Shown here piece after piece: positions 48,698-60,140 of a stretch of 64,000 nt of DNA. A model generated the notes under the pieces. It ran no database searches and had not been told where the DNA came from. It saw only the letters and a list, made by a program, of their open reading frames with translations. The stretch's first letter is position 1. Each line of letters opens with the position of its first letter. The stretch is from Monocercomonoides exilis PA203 (taxonomy: Eukaryota; Protista; Preaxostyla), in NCBI GenBank assembly GCA_001643675.2, contig LSRY02000064.1, positions 186,001 through 250,000 of the forward strand, in the 5' to 3' direction. A program made the position numbers and the translations under genes.

Positions 48698-51600
48698 GAG
48701 ATGTTCAATTTGACAAAATTTCATGAAAATGCAATGTTTTTCTTGGTTTTATTCATTATTAATATATTTTCTTATATATATTCGTTTATGATTTGTTGTT
48801 ATTATGTTATTAACATTTGTTTTAATGAGAAACATTTATGCGTTGATTTTTGTTTGAAGACGAAAAATTGTGATATCAGTTTCCAATATCAGTTCATCAT
48901 TTTGATAAAATTAAATTACATAAATATTTATTTTTTGTGTGAAACATAGTGTTTTTCACCGAAAAAGAAATGTGACTTTTGTTCCATAATAAATTCAGAA
49001 AAATAAAAACAATGAATATTTCCAAACCTCAATCGACTCTTTATTCTCGATGCAAAGTTATTTGGAATGAAATAAAGCGCATCGGCGGAGATGACGTGGA
49101 TTCATTGCTTGTCTATCTTTTATACAACTACAGGCAATCATCTTCTGTTATTAACGATTTGCTGAAGTCTTTGAATGGTTTGATTTTTATTTTTTGAATT
49201 TTTATATAGAAAAATTTATGAACTGTCATCCTTGTCATTTTCTTATTTTTTTGTTTATTATTTATTTTTTTGAAATAGAATATCACATTAAGCTGCTGGA
49301 AGACCTGTCTGTGGTGTACAACAACGCACCGTTGCACACTCAGACAACAATGCTGCAAGCGCTTACCCGCAACACATCATTATCCGATTTACAGGACTAT
49401 GGATATGATGTCACAGAGGGAAAATTTATTTACGCGAAACAAACGCTGAAGAAGAACCAAGGATTTATTGTCCCTCCTCAAAAACCTCATCTTCCGTCTT
49501 GCAAAAGTGGTTTGTGTTTATTCAAATTATTTTTGAATTATTTTCTATGTTTATTTTAGGCTTAAATGAACAGGACTGGGAAAAGGGCAACAACTGGATG
49601 TTAGCCCATTCAACTGAAGCCTCAACTTCTCTTCAATCTGCAAAGAAAAAGCAGAGAGCTGAGCCAGATTACGCAAGATTTATAGACGAAGCAGCGTGGG
49701 AAGATGAAATAATCACAGAAAACTCTTCTTCAAAAAGAAAACAATCTTCTTCATCTTCTTCAACATCATTTCAACAAAATAAAAGTTCAAGTGTTATTTC
49801 AAAAAATAAATCTTCTTCATCAAATTCTTCACCGTCGAAAGCTGTTGATGCTCCAATAAGCACTCCAATAAGGAGAGAAAGGTGTTCAACAAAAAGAAAA
49901 ACAAACAAATCACATCGTGAACGACGTTCGTCTCCTTCTCCAATTCCAATTCACAAATTCTTCAAAACAAAAAAACCATCAACATCTTCTTCTTCTCCTC
50001 CTCCTCCTCCTCCATCTTCCTCTTCTTCACCTTTTTCTTCACCTTTTTCTTCACCTTCTTTTTCATCTTCTTTTTCATCTTCCTCATCTTCCTCTTCTTC
50101 CTCTTCTTCCTCTTCTTCCTCTTCCTCTTCCTCCTCTTCTTCCTCTTCATCCAAAAAGCATCAAAAAGAAGCAACAAACACTTCTTCCTTCAGCAACAAT
50201 GATGTATGGGTTAGTGATAAATTGCTTGAATATGTCACTTCTCCCACTCTTGTTCCTCCACAGGCATTTCAAGATCTTCTATCTTCATTTGCAAAAGACA
50301 GCATCACTTCTGCATCTCAACACAAAACCCGCGAAGACTATAGAATTTGTTCAAATCATGAAAATTCTTCGCGTATCATGAACAACAAAAACACAATGGA
50401 TATTTATTCTTCAACTTGTTCTCCTTCTCCATCAATTTCTTCAAGCGTCAAAACCACTGCTATCACCTCATCAAAAACTCAGAAAGGATTAAAAAATCTT
50501 GGAAACACTTGCTATCTTTCCTCTCTTCTTCAATGCATGTCTTCAATCACTTCACAAAATCAATCAATAATTAAAACCACATCATTAAAAAACAATTTAT
50601 CTTCTCGAGCATTGAGTGTTTGTCGACAACTAACCAAAGATGGAATGGCGGTGCGTTCGTGGGTCCCATCACTGATCAACAAATGGGAAGACTATTGTGG
50701 ATATGGAAGCAGACAGCAACAAAATGTTACTGAGGCGTTTGACAATCTTCATCAACTTCTTCAAAAAGATGAGTTAATTAAAAAAGATAGCTTCAACCCT
50801 GTTTTGATCACTCATTTGAAATGCCAGCAATGCCAAAAAGTTTCAAATCGTTTCAATGAAATTGTCAACAATGTAGTTATTAATTCATCTTCTCCTCATA
50901 AAGGTCTATCTTCTCTCTTTTCTACTGAGATATTGAACGGAAAAAATTCTGTCTATTGCAACAATTGCAAAGAGAAATGCTGTGCTGCTCGATGGGAGGA
51001 AATGACTGCATTTCCAGAGGTGCTAGCCCTCTGTCACGAATGCACTGACAATGCTAGTTCTGCACCTTCAAGAACATTTCAAATAGAAACTGACAGAGTT
51101 AATCAACGCACGTTTTGTAAAGGGTTTTCAGAAGAAAATATTAAACATCTTCAAAAAGATAATCAGGAAACGATCATCTACCATCTAATTGGACAAATTC
51201 TATTCAAGCGTCTGGATCTCCAAAATGGACACTACATCGCTGTGATCAAAAGAAAGAGTGGAAACGATATCAAATGGAATATCTGTAATGACGCTGATGT
51301 GACAGAATTGAACATCGAAAATTGGACAAAGTCATGGAAGGAACTTTATGCTCAAGGTTTCACTCCGTCACTCTCATTCTACATCAAAGAAAAAACAAAA
51401 CCAACATTTTCGACAATTCAATTCGGCGGTTCTTCTTTTTCATCTTCTTCAGAAACATCTAATAATAACACTTCAAATAACTCATCATCATCGTCGTCGT
51501 CTTCGTTGTCATCATCATCATCATTCATCACTCCACTTCATCCAACAACTTCCATTCCACAACTATCATCATCAATTACATCTTCTTATGGATTGGAAGC

Positions 51601-53815
51601 TTTGAAAGAAAAAAGAAAGAAAATGGGCATTTTTTCTCCCAACGAGAAAAGATTAATCTTCAAGCCCAAGACAAAATTGTGGAAAGAGTTTTCAGAAGAA
51701 ACAAATATTAAAGTTTCTCTTTCCCACTTCTATAAACTCACCACCAACTTCTCCAAAGCGAAAAGACGAACGGATCTCTGCGGAATGTGTGAAAAGTTGG
51801 ATTATTTGGAAACCAAATTAAAGTGTTCGCAAAACAAAAATGGACTGTCTGAAGCAGAGTTTCATACACTTAAATTACTTCGTCAACATCGACTTGTTGC
51901 AGAAATGCAACGAAAACATTATCAATCGACTGTCGACAATCTGAAAGAGGGGGAAGCTGTCTTCGTCTTCGACTTTAAAGAAAAATGGAAACTCCCTATC
52001 AGAAAGAACCAACTTCAACAAGAATTCTTTAATTATCAACAGGTTTCTCAATTCACAATCATCTCTCTTCAAAAAATTAATAATCAACTAATTAAAAGAA
52101 CATTCAACTTCTTCTCCGACTGCCTCTCAAATGATCACAGATTTGTTATTGAGTGTCTGGAATCTGTGATCAAAAGACACTTCTTCTCAGACACTCACAC
52201 TTTTAAGTTCTTCTGCGATTCTGGTCCACACAACAGAAATCGCTTCCTTCTTCACTTCATCCTCTCAAAACAATCAAAACTTCTCAAAAAGAAAAACACT
52301 CAACTCAACTTCTTCGCTGAGCACCATGGAAAAAATATCTGTGATAGTGAATTTGGTGCGTTAGTGAATTCAATCGACAACAATCTTTCGACAGAACACA
52401 TCACAACACTTCATGATTTGATCAACTTCTTCGAAAACAACATGAATACTTCAACATCAGCTTCTTCAACTTCACAATCAAACATTTTATCAATAACGTC
52501 ATCAAACTCTTCACCATCGTCAACATCTGTCAATAACTTTGAGCATGAGAGGTACTTTGAAGAATATGTACCATCTCGACAAATCTCATGGCCATCATTG
52601 TCAGTCCCTCACATGAAGGATTATTTGTATTTTGAGCGCAAGGGCACATTTGTCTGTGCTTCAGCTGTTGGATATCTTCCTCAACGCTCTCTGGTTGCCC
52701 TCGAATCTACAACAATGAAAGAAAAAGTTCAACGAACAAGGAAGTCATTTCACTCTGATATCACATCATCTAACTCTTCTCTTCTTTCTCAATCTTCTCA
52801 AGATCTTCTTTCAAGGAGATTTGAGCTTCTTCTTGACTCTTCTTCTTTTAATGAATCTCAAAATTGTTCTTTTGGTGTCCCCTATTAAGAAACTAGTTGT
52901 TGTGCATGCTTAGCTGGCACTCTATCGGAAGGGTGCTGGACATGACTGTTCGTATTAGATATTGCAACCTTCGGGCTGCAATATCCGGACCTGGATACGA
53001 CGAACAGCCTCCCAGGTGCACAATAGTTAGAATCCGATTGTTTTCTTGCGATTTTTGTCCCTATAATGTCCCTTTAATTAAATTGGTTATTGTCCCGCTT
53101 ATATTTGTATTTATCGAGATTCATTAAAAGAGAGAGTTGTGAGGGAATTCAAAGATCTTTGAGTGAGGTTTTTGGAAGGGAGAGTTGTTGGGAGCGTGAA
53201 GTGATGTTTTATCATTGTGTCTGCTTTTTTTCTTTGTTGGATTTGATCTTTTTGAGTCAAAGTTAGGGAAATATCAGAAAGGGGAGAGTGGATGGAAAAC
53301 GGAGGGAAAATAGACAAGAATGTTTTTGAACTTTTAATATTAGTATTCTTTTTTGTTTGGAATTGTCATTGACACCATGAATTTGTTGAAATAGTACTGT
53401 TTCTTCTTGTATTTTTTATTGTTTAAAATTGTTGATATTAAGTTGATATTCGGTGATTGTTTAATGATAATGTGATTGAATTTTGTTTTTTTGAAAGTTA
53501 TTGAATCTGATTTGAAAATTTCTGACTGTTTTCAATTTTTAAAATGATTAATATCATGAATTTCTTTTTGTTTATTAATGTCATTTTGATTGCAAAACGA
53601 TTGCTATTTTTTTACGAATATTTTTTCACTTATCTTTGTTATTTTTTCACTTGTTCACGAAAAAGTTTATCAATGCACATGTCATATACTTATATAAATA
53701 TCTATAAAATTAATTTTTCTAAAAAATCGAAAATATTGTAAAATAAATTTCAAAAATATCACATTAGACAACAAAAAGCTAATATTTCATAAAAATATGT
53801 CAAATTGAACATCTC
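48698..53815 (+). mobile_element. Sola2-like DNA transposon, 5118 bp, ~31-bp TIRs, GATC on both flanks
   Basis: GATC|GAGATGTTCAATTTGACAAAATTTCATGAAA ... TTTCATAAAAATATGTCAAATTGAACATCTC|GATC. The first 18 bp are identical, with 3 mismatches in 31. GRG termini and 4-bp duplications are Sola2 hallmarks. Confidence 0.82.
49012..52888 (+). CDS. Sola2-like DDD transposase with an embedded USP (peptidase C19) domain; exons 49012-49177, 49279-49509, 49560-52888 (~1241 aa)
   Basis: Two GT-AG introns join three ORFs in phase. USP at ~50486-51385: GLKNLGNTCYLSSLLQC, QQQNVTEAF, CQQC/CNNC, NGHYIAVIK, WNICNDADV. Transposase: TDLCGMCE, VFDFKEK, FFSD, FCDSGPHNRN, FFAEHHGKNICDSEFG. Confidence 0.88.
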
Positions 53816-53932
53816 GATCACAAAAGTGGTCACTAATTTTTCTTCAGATTTTGCAACAAACAGACATAAAAAGATGTGGGGAAGCGGTTTGTGCGGAAAT
53901 CTGAGAAAAAATTAGTGACCACTTTTGTGATC
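53816..53932. repeat. Third copy of the 117-bp unit U, with a Sola-type end on each side
   Basis: CATCTC|GATC...GATC|GAGATG. Confidence 0.93.
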
Positions 53933-54207
53933 GAGATGTTCAATTTGACAAAATTTCATGAAAATGCAATGTTTTTCTTGGTTTTTGTATTTTATTGAGT
54001 CTTAAAAATATGTGTGTATATATTTTATATTATTTATTATGATTAAAGAACAATGCATTTTATGAAGTGAAAAACCATATTCTCATTTTATGACAATTAT
54101 AAAAGCGACAATAATCGCAATCAGCGCGATGATTTGCATCAAAAATGTGTCAGCCCGAGATGGAATATCAGTGAAAATGAAAGAATAATAATTCATCTTT
54201 CAGAAAT
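53933..54207 (+). repeat. 275-bp arm X (Sola-type end), inverted copy of 48091-48365
   Basis: Direct sequence comparison. Confidence 0.9.
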
Positions 54208-57200
54208 TTATCTGAAAGCGATTCTTTTTTTAATGAGTATTTTTTTGTGATTCAACTCGTTAACGTCAAATACTTGCTGTTAATTTCGTATGCTGCACAG
54301 GGCACATATAGCAATTTGTTCTATGCGTTGAACACAAACTCTGAAGCGAATATTAACGAATATTAGTGGATGAAAAGCGAGAGACGAACGACACGCTTTT
54401 TCGGATGCAAACCCCACTGTATAATTCTCTCGCAAGTTCCACTTTCCTTACAGTCTATTCATATACTATGGGAGAGGGTGTGGCAGCTTTATGGGGTCAT
54501 ATTTAGGCCATCACACATTGCTGATTCAGATTATTGTGGTGTAAGCAGTGGAGAAAGAGGAGGCAATGGTTTCATCCAAGGGCTTAACATGTCAACTTTG
54601 GATATGTTCAAATTGACATCGTGTGTGGCAGATGCACTGGAGAAGGAGAAGATCATCCGGCCGAATGAGATTGTGATTGTGGAGCATGCGCAGTGCATGT
54701 CACTTGAAGAGGAGGTATTTGAAGAGGCGAAGCTTGATGCGCCCAGAGCAGCAAACTTTGTGGACCAGTAAGTGAATACAGCTATTTTCAGCAAATTTTA
54801 GTTTTTTTCATTCAATATTACCTGGATTCTCGAAGGAGAGGGAGGTCAGGAAAGCAGAAAAGAAGAAGGCAAAATATTTTGAGCTTGATTAAAGAAAAGA
54901 AAAAAATTTCAAACAGATCGTCTAATGCAATGGCGAAGATATGAAGCAATGTGGTATGTTAAAATTTTCTTTTAATTATTGCAAATAATTTTTGTGTATT
55001 TATTTTAATATATATATATATATTTTTTATTTTTGTAATTTTTAGAACTTTTTTTTCATTATTCATTATGAACTTCCTCTTTTTCTTGTAAGTTGATCGC
55101 AACGGCCATTTTATGAATTTGTACGTTGGCAACATGCATCGAATTGCCTGTCTGAACTGTATCTGCATTGAAATCATTGATGCGCTTGATCTTTTTAGCT
55201 GTTTGGACTCACTCAATCAACAACCAAAAAGTTTCGTGAAAGAAGTGATGAAAGAGCAATTTTTCATTTTAAAAGGTTTGCACTATTTTTCGATAATTGT
55301 TACAATTGTTTTAATCATATTTCTTATTTTTCTTTTTTTAACTTATTCAAACTCTAATTTTTATTTATTCAATCAATTAATACAAAAAAATATGAACCAT
55401 CCGTTTTCATGTTTTTATTTCATTCAACCTTTTCTTCTAAGTTTGGGTAATGTGTCTTTTCCATGTGCTCTTTCCAGCGTTTTTATTGCCATTGGAAAAA
55501 GAACAGATAAAAAAGACTGAACAAGGAGTTATCTCCCCCACCCTATCTGCCACCACTGCTATTTCAGTGACACAGCTGACTGAGTCCTCCCCGCTCACAC
55601 TGGATTCATCTCCTCCTAAGCTACTCGAAATTAACTCTCTTCATCATCATCGCCTTGTTCTTCTTCTCCTTTCTGAGATCAGTCATCCGCAAACCGCTTT
55701 GATGCTTCCATGATTGAGTCAATTAAGCGCCCTTCATATTCAGCAAACATCCTTTCATATTTCTAACAAGATACTTCCTCTTCTGCTTCACCGCCAATTA
55801 TATTTTGAGAATATTTCTTCTCCATGAACCTTCAGATCTCCTTCTCCTCTTCCTCTCAACAGTTCCATTTTGTATTGATACTTCGTATTAGCTCCCACTA
55901 AATGCTCTCTTGCATATTACAATCTCTTTTAATGGCATCACTTTCATGAACTTCATCTCAACAACAACCAAAGCTGTAAAATGCTCACACAGCACAGACT
56001 TTAACGAATCTTCAACATCTTCCAACTCATCGAAATGTTCTTTTTCTTCTTTGATGTCCTCCTCATACTGAAGGGATATCAATAAACAGATCGCTCTATT
56101 CTGTCCATCGTAATAAATCACTTTCACGTCTGTTACTTGCTCCTAAATAAATAAAGTTGTCTCTTTCTGTCTTTCCAAACTTTGCACTACCGCTGCTGGG
56201 CTTGTGTTCTTCAAATTTGAGATTTGCCCCTTTATGTGTGTAACCTGCAGAAGTCAACATTAACTTAAGTGGAGCTACCAATTCTACTTCTGGAGGAACA
56301 AACGATTATCCACTTTGAAGCATCAATAGATGTTTGTGTTGGATGAGAGGCAATGCTACTGCTCTTCTTGTCTCACATTATAAGTCGACAACTCCTCTTA
56401 TGGAGCGTGTTGGATGCAAATATGGGAACTCATTTATAAAAAAACCACATACAGGGAAACGGGGAAATTTGCGTTGCATAACTGCAATCTCCTGTGAAAG
56501 TTTCAGATGAGACGATGAATAAATTATTGTTCCCGTACGAGATATTCGTTAATGATATGGAGGTTATTTAGAGAAAGAAGGAGCAAGAGAGAAGGAGAGA
56601 AAGATGGAGGCTTCAATAGAATAGGAAATGAAAATGACAAAAGAAGATTCTCGCCTTTGGAGATATACGGAGAAACCTTATTGAGTTATTCATCTTCCTC
56701 ATCTTCCTTATTGAAGGCAAAGACGTTTGAGAGTTTTACAGGAGGAAAAGAATAATTAATAAAAGGCGATGTAATGACAAGGACAAAATATCCGTGACAA
56801 ATTCGTATGACTACCTGTTGTCTTCGATGTCGTCTGAGCGGAAGTGAAACAGAGATATCATGCACTCAATTGCAAAGAAGAGAGACAAAAGAGGAAGTAG
56901 CAGCGGAGGGGGAGTGAGCGGGAGTTGGAAAAAGAGTTTTGTGTTCTCCTTCAACCACTCATTATCGGGAAATGTGCAGCTCCTTTCTTCGCATGTTCTG
57001 TCAACTACATCGTCTGCTGCATCTTCAATAGCATTATTTATTTCTTTGTCCAAGCTCATCGTTTCGTCTTCTGCTAATACCTTCGTTTGCATCAGGCAAG
57101 TATCTGGAAATACATCCTCCTCTTCACATTCTTAGCATGACAATAGGAGTAACTTAGCGGAATTACTGAATTATCAATTTTCCGTCTCTCCTTCCTCAAA

Positions 57201-59949
57201 GATTCTTTTTGCAGGATAGCCTTCATTCTCTTTCATCTGATCGCTCATATCCTGGTCACCTTAGTGGTAAAAAAATGTTAGAAAGATTGCGTTATCCACA
57301 CGCAAACCGTCTATCTCATTGTTCTCCTAATATTCATCTTCCTCATCTTCTCCGGAAGAAACTGACCTTTCTCTCCATCCAAAACCACCTCATCGTTCTG
57401 AAATTGCTATGGCTCGCCGCATAAGAGCAATGCATCCTCTCCTCCGCCGACGCCATCTCAACCGCTGTGCACAAGTGGCTGCTGCTTCTGGTGCTTCACG
57501 TTCTTCTTCCTCTTCCTCTTCTTCCTCATTGCTTCGCTCTTCTTGAAACAGATTTCTGACAGGAGAAGAGCAGCAGATGAGGAGGATGAGATTGCAGTTC
57601 GGAAGAAGAAGGAAAAGACAATATTTTGTTTTCCCACCAGATGTGTTTGAGGCGCTGCCGCTGTTTGCAGAGTTTTGGATGGTGGAGCGGTATGCGGAGA
57701 ATCTGGAGAATAGGAAGAAGTTGAAGGCGATGAAGATGACTGAAAAGAAGAGGATCAAAAAGTGATTTTGGAGGATTCAATGAACAACCCCAATGCGGTT
57801 GTTTGAAAAGCAATGATAACAAACGGAAGCAGAAAAGAATACAAACGCAAAAGAATCTTCACAAAACGACATTAAAGGCGAAACGAACAATGATGAGCCA
57901 AAATTAGAGCCTTTTTCATAGGAAAAGCAGCAAAAACAACTCCCTTTCCCCCACCTTCTCCTTCTCCTTCTCCTCAACCTATACAATCCTCTTCAGAACG
58001 AGGCACCTTTGGAACAATACACTTTACGCGAGGGAAGCGAATGGACGGTGGATGAAGAGGAGTCGGAGGGAGAGCGTTGATTGCGTACAGCCAAGAGATG
58101 GAGATGGGGAGAGGGGCTGTTGGTGCACAAAAAACGCTTCCATCAACAGTTGTTGTTGTTGGAGGAGGAGCGGTGATGTTGAGTGTTGTATGGATGAAGA
58201 ATTTCAACAGAGAAGAAACAAGGGCGATACAAGATGAGTTTCAGAATGAGAAAGGGAAGGTGGACGATGAAGAGGCGAAGATCACGTTCAATTCATTGGA
58301 ATCTGATGATCAGAGATAAAAACTACTTCTGCTGATGAAACTGCAGGATATACAGAAGAAGAAGAAGGAAAAAGAAGAAAAAGACATGAATCCGTTTGCA
58401 GCATCCAAGGAATACTGCAGATGCACCTTGAGACAGGCACGCCAACCAACCAGAAAGAAAATAATGTGGCAAGCAAGGAGTAACAAGAGACGAAAGAAAG
58501 CCAAACGCCAATTTTGACAAGAGAGCTGAAATTGGACTGCATGCTGAATGACCTCGCTAATTCTGACCTGGAAGATTTGAGCGATGAACCGGATGTGCCC
58601 TGCCGTTATGTGCGTGTCAAAAGCGAGGAAAACGGGCAATTTGCGTGGAAGATGGGAAAAGTGCCTGTGTATGCAGCAGTCGATACGAGGCAGACAGGTG
58701 TGCAGCTGGATCTGATGAGCGCGCTGAAGAGCGGGCTAAAGCTAAGCCAGGCGGAACTGCGAAGAGAAAGCAGAAGCGACACACAGGAAGGGAAGGAAAG
58801 GAGCAGGGAAAGGATCACCTCTGATGTTTCAAAAGGAGAAAGGGATAAGAACATTCAGTTAGAACAACGTGCCTGGGAGAAGAGATGCGCTGTCGTTCTC
58901 AAAATTGGTATCTTTTTCCGCTTTGCAGAATTCAACTGCGACGGATTCGATGAAGAAATATCCTTCACTCAATTTGGTAGCGCCTTTTGATTCAGCTGCT
59001 GATTTTGCTTCAAATGAGAATATTTCTCTTCATCCTCTCTCTAACTGCTCTTCTTCGCTTGTTGATTCATCCTTTTTATGAACATCCAACTTCAATTTTC
59101 TCCTTCTTTCAGAATCTCTTCATCTCTCTTCCTTTTATCTCAAGCTGTTCATCCATCTGCTTCTAATCCTGCTGCTCCTGGCTCACTTTCTCCACTTTCA
59201 CTGCCTGCTCCTTCTTCTTCTTCTTTTTCATTCAACTATCATCGAGTTCAGTGCCAGGCCTCATCTTTCGTTGCAACTTGGAAAGAAACAAAGAAATACT
59301 TATTCTCGATGATACATCAGCTTAAGTTATATGTCAACTGAAACGATTCTCCACAAAGCAAAGAAAAGTCTGCAAGTTATCAACAACTGAATCAATTCTG
59401 ACTTTTTCATTTGGAGGCTGAAGCATTCGAAGTGAAAAGGAAAGGGCATTGAAGCGATTTTTGTTTGGAATGGCTGGGTTCCTAAATAGTCTTCGGCAGG
59501 TTACACAGCTACGAAGTCACAGTAAATTGTTGGAAATGAAACGATGAGTGAGAAAAGCTATTTTGAGAAAAAGACTTAAGTGAAGAGAAATAATATGAGC
59601 CTCTAGCGCTAATTGGATACAAGCAAGTTGAAATCGGAAAGGTGAAGAAAATATAATCTGAAGAAAATTACTAGATACGTATGAATATATTCTTTTTGAA
59701 GATACAACAACAATGAATCTTTTTTCATGAGCTTTGTTTTCATTCGATGAAGAAAAATTAGATGAAGAAATTTTGAAGAAATATTTCTAAGTGAGCTGAT
59801 GTCAAGGATTTTGATAAAATAAGTGATGATATTTTCTTCAGTTGAAAGTGATGTGAAAGCTTATGAATTTTTCTATGATATGGAAAATGGTGAAAATTGG
59901 AAAATGAAGAAAAGGAAAGAATGCAAGAAAAAGTTCATTATTTCCTGTG

Positions 59950-60140
59950 ATTTATGTATCAACCACGCTGAAGGTGAGTGTTTGAGTTGGAACAAATGTT
60001 GATGTGAGGAGGGTGAGAGAGGCGTCTTGGAGGAGGGAAATGAAGCCGTTGAGGGCATACTCGATGGTGGCACATGGGGTCTGTTGGGGTCTGCCACATG
60101 TATCAGCATCAATTCCATTGAGGATAACAATTTTATTCAA
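59950..60140 (-). pseudogene. Short captured fragment of the same surface-protein family as 25840-26675
   Basis: NGIDADTCGRPQQTPCATIEYALNGFISLLQDASLTLL here vs NGGSDVDVCGRPQQIPCAAVEYALTGFISLLQDAFLTLL at ~26 kb. Confidence 0.8.

Noticed and set aside
48366-53932. Repeated palindromic GATCACAAAAGTGGTCACTAA read as a CRISPR-like array
   Set aside because: The repeats are inverted, the intervening sequence is identical rather than unique, and the context is eukaryotic with no cas genes.
54601-54618. GATATGTTCAAATTGACA, a 16/18 match to the Sola TIR
   Set aside because: The GAG terminus is broken, there is no GATC flank, and the orientation is wrong to close arm X. Probably chance or an old remnant.
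55500-59350. Short ORFs on both strands, including 58514..58990
   Set aside because: Fragmentary, with no recognisable motifs apart from the GCKY segment noted. Likely decayed cargo.
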